A DNA stretch of 64,000 nt, from positions 1,184-65,183 of the forward strand of contig CACZAH010000007.1 of NCBI GenBank assembly GCA_902779035.1, written 5' to 3'. The first letter of the stretch is position 1; each line of letters begins with the position of its first letter. A program made the position numbers and the translations under genes. Origin of the DNA: an uncultured Erysipelotrichaceae bacterium. GTDB lineage: Bacteria; Bacillota_I; Bacilli_A; RF39; UBA660. Shown one piece after another: positions 59,138-64,000 of this stretch. The notes beneath the pieces were generated by a model that saw only the letters and a list, made by a program, of their open reading frames with translations, searched no databases and was not told where the DNA came from.

Positions 59138-59692
59138 TTAAATAGTGCCAAATGATTTTCTTAAAGCTTTTTCTTTTTTTGCTTGAGGAGTACCTAGTTT
59201 TAATACATAATTATTTGTAGTTAATAAATGTTCCTCTTTAATTGAGGTTGTTATTTCTTCTCTATTATAATTATATATTGGAACGTTTATATATCTATTT
59301 CGAATTATCCCTAAATCATCTTTGTTAAAACTATAATCTTTGTGATATACTTGAGATTTTAACAATAATTCTGGACTTGTTTTAATAGATAAATTGTTTA
59401 ATTGTTTAGATAAAAGTTCCAATTTAATATTAGCTAAATCCATAGTAGTTTTTTTAGCCATTATGGATAGAATTAATTCTCCCAAACCAATAGATATAGT
59501 AGCCGCTATCACAGTTGTAGGAACTACCACATTTGCTGGATATTGATCGTTTATTGAATTAATTAGTACAGCAACAGGATATCCCAATTCTAATGGTTTG
59601 CTAATTATAGAAAATCCTTTAGGCACCTTCTTTATTCCTTTTGCTTCTTTAATTACATATAATAAATCATAATTTATTATTATTTGTGACAT
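59138..59692 (-). CDS. Hypothetical protein with one central hydrophobic segment
   Basis: 184-aa ORF with GAGAGGAAG SD; the segment VVVPTTVIAATISIGLGELILSIMA is hydrophobic. No family recognised. Confidence 0.55.
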   Translation of the reverse strand: MSQIIINYDLLYVIKEAKGIKKVPKGFSIISKPLELGYPVAVLINSINDQYPANVVVPTTVIAATISIGLGELILSIMAKKTTMDLANIKLELLSKQLNNLSIKTSPELLLKSQVYHKDYSFNKDDLGIIRNRYINVPIYNYNREEITTSIKEEHLLTTNNYVLKLGTPQAKKEKALRKSFGTI

Positions 59693-59781
59693 ATATTATC
59701 TTCCTCTCAGTGCTTAATATAATATCAAATAAAGAAAAAAAAGTAAATAAAATTACTACATAAATGTATTTAAACTATAAT

Positions 59782-59874
59782 AAACAAAATGACGACCTCT
59801 CGGTCGTCTTCAGGGGGTTTTGGTTCGTACTCTTACACTTAGAAAGTAAGAGTACTGGCATGGAGTATCATGCC
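59782..59874 (-). ncRNA. Candidate ~90-nt small RNA / leader ending in conserved module copy C
   Basis: Bounded by a consensus promoter (59881-59909) and a terminator (GACGACC-GAGA-GGUCGUC-AUUUUGUUU). It has a 5' hairpin GGCAUG/CAUGCC, a perfect 10-bp hairpin GUACUCUUAC/GUAAGAGUAC and a single-stranded GAACCAAAACCCCCUGAA stretch. Confidence 0.45.
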
Positions 59875-59880
59875 AATATT

Positions 59881-59909
59881 ATTGTATAAAATTTTTGCGC
59901 TTATGTCAA
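59881..59909 (-). promoter_or_regulatory. Sigma-70-type promoter (minus strand) driving the sRNA/leader
   Basis: Minus strand: TTGACA (59909-59904), 17-nt spacer, TACAAT (59886-59881). Confidence 0.55.
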
Positions 59910-59980
59910 TTAGTTTTTCATAAATTTTTAAAAATGTGTATAAAAGTAAAAAATATAATCATAATAGTATTGGTGATGAT

Positions 59981-60172
59981 ATGACAGAAAAGGAACTTGC
60001 TTATTTTGAAGATGCAGTAGGACACGAAGGAAATATTGTAAAAATATTAGAAAAGTCTATTAGTATGATTGAGGATAGTAGTATTAAAGAGTTTATGGAA
60101 AGTGAAGTTAATTTACACAAAAGTAGAAAAGAAAAATTAATTTCTTTCTTGGAGGGGAATTCTAATGAATGA
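59981..60172 (+). CDS. Small hypothetical protein paired with the CotF-like gene
   Basis: 63 aa from ATG 59981 (GGTGA SD); its stop overlaps the next ORF. Confidence 0.5.
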   Translation: MTEKELAYFEDAVGHEGNIVKILEKSISMIEDSSIKEFMESEVNLHKSRKEKLISFLEGNSNE

Positions 60173-60413
60173 TCAATTAATTATGGATAATTATTTATTA
60201 GTATTAAAAAGTACTGTTGAGGTGTATGTACATGGAACTTTAGAAAGTTCTAATGAAGGTAGTAGAAATGTATTAAAAGAGTGTTTAGTAGATACATTAA
60301 CTAATCAAGCAAATACTTATGATTTAATGACTAAGTATGGTTGGTATAATGTTAAAAATGTAGATGCTACTAAAGTTAATGAAACACTTAATAATATTAA
60401 ATCAAAAAACTAG
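60165..60413 (+). CDS. Coat F domain (spore coat protein F-like) protein
   Basis: DQLIMDNYLLVLKSTVEVYVHGTLESSNEGSRNVLKECL...YDLMTKYGWY fits the Coat_F pattern (D.L...K......Y..A..E..N..lR..l......GWY). Confidence 0.65.
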   Translation: MNDQLIMDNYLLVLKSTVEVYVHGTLESSNEGSRNVLKECLVDTLTNQANTYDLMTKYGWYNVKNVDATKVNETLNNIKSKN

Positions 60414-60497
60414 TTAAAACAGGTTAAATCATCTGTTTTTTCTTTGTTTTCTTTGACTTTTACTTTTTTAACGTGTTATAATGACTCTGGTGGTAAA

Positions 60498-62402
60498 ATG
60501 GTAAAATACAATGAAGATTCTATTAAAGTACTAGAAGGATTAGAAGCAGTAAGAAAAAGACCTGGTATGTATATCGGATCTACTGATAAAAGAGGATTAC
60601 ATCATCTAGTATGGGAGATAGTTGATAATAGTATAGATGAAGTAATAAATGGATTTGGTAAGAAAATTAAAATTATTTTACACAGTGATTCAAGTATAAG
60701 TGTAGAAGACGAAGGTAGAGGAGTACCAGTTGGACTACATAAAACTGGTAAGTCTACACCTGAGGTAATATATACAGTTCTTCATGCTGGAGGTAAGTTT
60801 GAATCTAGTGGGTATACTGTATCTGGTGGACTACACGGAGTAGGTGCGAGTGTTGTTAATGCCTTATCAAAATGGATGCGAGTAACTATTAAAAGAGATG
60901 GGTATGAATATGCAATATCATTTAAAGATGGAGGTAAACTAGATACTCCACTTACTAAAGGAATGAAGACTAGTAAAACAGGTACTACTGTTAGATTTAT
61001 GCCAGATGATACAATATTTTCAACTACTCATTTTTCTTTCTCAACTATATGTGAAAGAATGCAGGAAAGTGCATTTTTACTTGAAGGACTTACTATTGAT
61101 ATTATAGATGAGCTAGAAAACAGACATGAGAGTTATTGTTATGATAATGGATTAAAATCATTTATTGAATATATTAATGAAGATAAATCTGCTTTACATA
61201 ACGTAGTTCAGTTTGAAGGTGTTAAAGATAAAATAGATGTTAAAGTTGCATTTCAATATACAGATACTTATTCAGATAATATTATATCTTTTGTAAACAA
61301 TGTAAAAACATCTGATGGTGGTACTCATGAAGTAGGATTTAAAACAGCTATTACTCGTGTATTTAATGATTATGCAAGATCTAATGGTTATTTAAAAGCT
61401 AAAGATAAGAATTTAGAAGGGCCTGATACTAGAGAAGGTATTACGGCAGTATTATCTATTAAGATACCTGAGGCATTACTTCAGTTTGAAGGACAAACTA
61501 AGTCTAAGTTAGGTACACCTGAAGCTCGTAATGCAGTAGAGAGTGTAGTTAGTGAGAAATTACAGTTCTTCTTAGAAGAGAATAAAGCAATAGCTACTAA
61601 AATAGTAGAGAAGATGGTTAAAAGTAAACAAGTAAGAGAGGCGGCAAGAAAAGCAAGAGATGAAGCTAGAAATGGTAAGTCTAAAAATAAGATAGAGAAG
61701 AATCTATCTGGTAAGTTATCTCCTGCTCAGAGTAAGAATCCTAAGAAAAATGAATTATTCTTAGTCGAGGGAGATTCAGCCGGTGGTTCTGCTAAAGGTG
61801 GACGTGATCGTAAGTTTCAAGCGATTCTTCCACTTCGTGGTAAAGTAATTAATACAGCTAAAGCATCACTTACTGATATACTTAAAAATGAAGAGATAAA
61901 TACCATGATTCATACAATAGGAGCAGGTGTTGGATCTGATTTTACTGTTGAAGATTCTAACTATGATAAAGTAATAATTATGACCGATGCTGATGTAGAT
62001 GGTGCGCATATTCAAATACTACTTCTCACATTTTTCTATTATTATATGCGTGGACTTATTGAACAAGGCAAACTTTATATCGCACTTCCTCCTTTATATA
62101 AATTAGATTATGGTAAGAAACATTTTTATGCATATACTGATGATGAATTAGAAACTATAAAAAAAGAAAATACTGGTAAGTATTCTATTCAAAGATATAA
62201 AGGTCTTGGTGAGATGAATGCAGATCAACTTTGGGAAACTACAATGAATCCTGATACTCGTAGTTTAATTAGAGTAAATATTACAGATGCTGCCCTTGCT
62301 GAAAAAAGAGTTAGTGTACTTATGGGAGATAAAGTTGAACCTAGAAAAGAATGGATAAATAGAAACGTAGAATTTACAATGGAAGATAATTATAGAGCGT
62401 AG
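60498..62402 (+). CDS. parE: DNA topoisomerase IV subunit B
   Basis: GHKL ATPase N-terminus (LEGLEAVRKRPGMYIGS, HHLVWEIVDNSIDE), Toprim (ELFLVEGDSAGGSAK, MTDADVDGAHI) and a PLRGK loop. Called ParE rather than GyrB because the partner downstream is ParC-like. Confidence 0.82.
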   Translation: MVKYNEDSIKVLEGLEAVRKRPGMYIGSTDKRGLHHLVWEIVDNSIDEVINGFGKKIKIILHSDSSISVEDEGRGVPVGLHKTGKSTPEVIYTVLHAGGKFESSGYTVSGGLHGVGASVVNALSKWMRVTIKRDGYEYAISFKDGGKLDTPLTKGMKTSKTGTTVRFMPDDTIFSTTHFSFSTICERMQESAFLLEGLTIDIIDELENRHESYCYDNGLKSFIEYINEDKSALHNVVQFEGVKDKIDVKVAFQYTDTYSDNIISFVNNVKTSDGGTHEVGFKTAITRVFNDYARSNGYLKAKDKNLEGPDTREGITAVLSIKIPEALLQFEGQTKSKLGTPEARNAVESVVSEKLQFFLEENKAIATKIVEKMVKSKQVREAARKARDEARNGKSKNKIEKNLSGKLSPAQSKNPKKNELFLVEGDSAGGSAKGGRDRKFQAILPLRGKVINTAKASLTDILKNEEINTMIHTIGAGVGSDFTVEDSNYDKVIIMTDADVDGAHIQILLLTFFYYYMRGLIEQGKLYIALPPLYKLDYGKKHFYAYTDDELETIKKENTGKYSIQRYKGLGEMNADQLWETTMNPDTRSLIRVNITDAALAEKRVSVLMGDKVEPRKEWINRNVEFTMEDNYRA

Positions 62403-62409
62403 GTGAGTT

Positions 62410-62967
62410 ATGTTAAAGGATAAAATTAATGCTTACGAGCCATTTGATGAGCAAGAAAAAAGTGATAAAGAACAATTCTTAAAGTTTATAGATACGTTTG
62501 ATGATGTATTAACACGTGATAATATTTTTGGACATTTTACAGCTTCAGCTTTTGTTGTTAATAAAGAAAGAACTAAGATGGTAGTTGTATATCACATTAT
62601 AAATGATGGTTGGGCATATCCTGGAGGACATGCTGATGGTATTGAAGACCTACTTTCTGTTGCGCTTCGTGAGGTAGAAGAAGAAACAGGACTTAAAGCA
62701 AGGGTACTTGATGATAATATTTTTGCAATTGTTTCAGCTCCAGTATTAGGTCACATAAAGCGTGGCAAATATGTATCTGGACATATTCATTTTGATTGTG
62801 TATATTTAATGGAAGCAGATGAAAATATACCACTAAAATTTAGAGAAGATGAGTCTAAAGGAGTTAAATGGGTTAAGTTAGAAGATGCATATGATGAGTC
62901 TTTCTGTGATTTTGTAAGACCAGTAAATAAGAGATTAATAAAGAAACTAAATAATAGAGGTGTTTAG
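62410..62967 (+). CDS. NUDIX hydrolase
   Basis: NUDIX box GGHADGIEDLLSVALREVEEETGL (GX5EX7REUXEEXGU). Confidence 0.85.
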   Translation: MLKDKINAYEPFDEQEKSDKEQFLKFIDTFDDVLTRDNIFGHFTASAFVVNKERTKMVVVYHIINDGWAYPGGHADGIEDLLSVALREVEEETGLKARVLDDNIFAIVSAPVLGHIKRGKYVSGHIHFDCVYLMEADENIPLKFREDESKGVKWVKLEDAYDESFCDFVRPVNKRLIKKLNNRGV

Positions 62968-64000
62968 ATGGAGGATATATTAAAAAGAATACAAGATTAT
63001 GCTTTAGAAGAGATCATGGGTGATCGTTTTGGTAAGTATGCTAAAGAGATTATTCAAGATAGAGCTATACCTGATGTAAGAGATGGGTTAAAGCCAGTAC
63101 AAAGAAGAATACTATATGCTATGTATAAAGCAGGTAATACGCATGAGAAGGGTTATATTAAGTGTGCGGCTACAGTAGGTGACGTACTTGGTAAGTTCCA
63201 TCCACATGGAGATTCTTCTGTATATGATGCAATGGTACGTATGAGTCAGTGGTGGAAACAAAATGAAATACTAATTGATATTCATGGTAATAACGGTTCT
63301 ATGGATGGAGATTCTGCTGCTGCATATCGTTATACTGAAGCTAGACTTTCTAAAATTAGTAGTGAACTTTTAAAAGATTTAGAAAAAGAAACAGTTGCTT
63401 GGGCACCTAACTTTGATGATAGATTTTTAGAACCAACTGTACTTCCTGCAAAGTTTCCTAATCTACTTGTTAATGGTACTAATGGAATAAGTGCGGGATA
63501 TGCAACTAATATCCCACCGCATAATTTAGGTGAGGTAATAGATGCGACTATTAAAAGAATTGATAGCCCAAACTGTAGGTTAGATACAATTCTTGATATA
63601 GTAAAAGGACCTGACTTTCCTACAGGTGGTATTGTAGAAGGTAAAAAAGGTATTATTGATGCATTTACAACAGGCCGTGGCAAAGTAATAGTTAAAAGTA
63701 AATGTGAATTTGTAAAAGAAAAAGGTAAGGAACAAATAATTGTTACTGAGATTCCTTTTGAAGTAAATAAAGCTAATCTTGTAAGTAAGATAGATGCAAT
63801 TAGAATTGATAAAAAGATTGAAGGTATTAGTGAGGTTAGAGATGAGACTGATAGAGATGGTCTTCGTATTGCGATAGATTTAAAAAGTGGTGCGAATAAA
63901 GAAATGATTCTTAACTACTTACTTAAGAATACTGAATTACAAGTATCATATTCATATAATATGGTTGCAATTGTAAATCGTAGACCAGAAACATTAGGTA
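62968..64000 (+). CDS. parC: DNA topoisomerase IV subunit A (3' end outside window)
   Basis: The frame is open from ATG 62968 to the window end. [36 protein letters not shown] and [26 protein letters not shown] are present; the HGNNGS signature is ParC-type, whereas GyrA has GQGNFGS. This ORF is missing from the track because it has no stop inside the window. Confidence 0.88.
   Translation, partial: MEDILKRIQDYALEEIMGDRFGKYAKEIIQDRAIPDVRDGLKPVQRRILYAMYKAGNTHEKGYIKCAATVGDVLGKFHPHGDSSVYDAMVRMSQWWKQNEILIDIHGNNGSMDGDSAAAYRYTEARLSKISSELLKDLEKETVAWAPNFDDRFLEPTVLPAKFPNLLVNGTNGISAGYATNIPPHNLGEVIDATIKRIDSPNCRLDTILDIVKGPDFPTGGIVEGKKGIIDAFTTGRGKVIVKSKCEFVKEKGKEQIIVTEIPFEVNKANLVSKIDAIRIDKKIEGISEVRDETDRDGLRIAIDLKSGANKEMILNYLLKNTELQVSYSYNMVAIVNRRPETLG

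Noticed and set aside
57232-59817. Integron cassette array with attC sites.
   Set aside because: No intI gene and no attI are present. The repeats are only ~36 nt simple hairpins lacking the R''-L''/L'-R' (GTTRRRY) organisation, and they behave as terminators on the gene strand.
59138-59909. Type III toxin-antitoxin (ToxIN-like) architecture: promoter, RNA, terminator, then a ~180-aa ORF.
   Set aside because: The leader contains no tandem direct repeats, which are the defining antitoxin RNA feature. The ORF shows no resemblance to ToxN/AbiQ-type sequences that I can recall, and it has a hydrophobic segment.

Overview
A 64-kb chromosomal window from a very AT-rich, low-GC Bacillota genome. 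It has SpoVS, a SigF/G-type sigma factor, a CotF-like protein, radC-mreCD and parE-parC. The lineage cannot be named without a database search, but the content looks Erysipelotrichales/Clostridia-like. The standard code applies: TGA is a real stop at three ATGA gene overlaps.

Most of the window is + strand housekeeping:
- DNA replication, repair and division: recA, ligA, ftsK, radC, mreCD, tag, nrdDG-dut, parE/parC, xerC/D-type recombinase.
- Central metabolism: phosphoketolase, ppdK, pflBA, pgi, PMM/PGM, pyruvate:ferredoxin oxidoreductase.
- Other: murF, sufU, pdp, rpoZ, an OmpR/HK pair.

No rRNA, tRNA or CRISPR array was recognised.

Accessory or decayed patches interrupt this backbone:
1. 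3.8-5.7 kb: a stand-alone retron next to an internally deleted Rpn/PD-(D/E)XK gene. The retron has an RT and an upstream msr/msd-like ncRNA but no co-oriented effector.
2. 12.4-16.7 kb: an extremely AT-rich island with a 995-aa repeat protein, an ISAs1 transposase remnant and a MutS-domain-I remnant.
3. 36.1-37.3 kb: a frameshifted IS200/IS605-type TnpB with a structured 3' flank.
4. 39.4-40.5 kb: a full-length Rpn-like gene that shares a ~90-nt leader with the remnant at 5.1 kb.
5. 57.2-59.9 kb: a minus-strand insert between nifJ and the cotF/parE block. Two orphan genes sit here, an LRR + transglutaminase-like protein and a 184-aa unknown. They are delimited by three copies of a conserved module (C-rich motif plus hairpin terminator). 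The insert also carries a promoter-to-terminator sRNA candidate and an 11-mer repeat set.

The retron and the 57-60 kb cassette locus are the best candidates for something new.

Other oddities:
- An in-frame TGA and a sharply GC-rich 110-bp patch inside the pilin-like gene at the left edge.
- A 19-bp palindrome shared by the ligA and nrdD upstream regions.
- A STAS-sigma pair lacking the anti-sigma kinase.

All functional calls come from motif recognition by eye; no searches were run.
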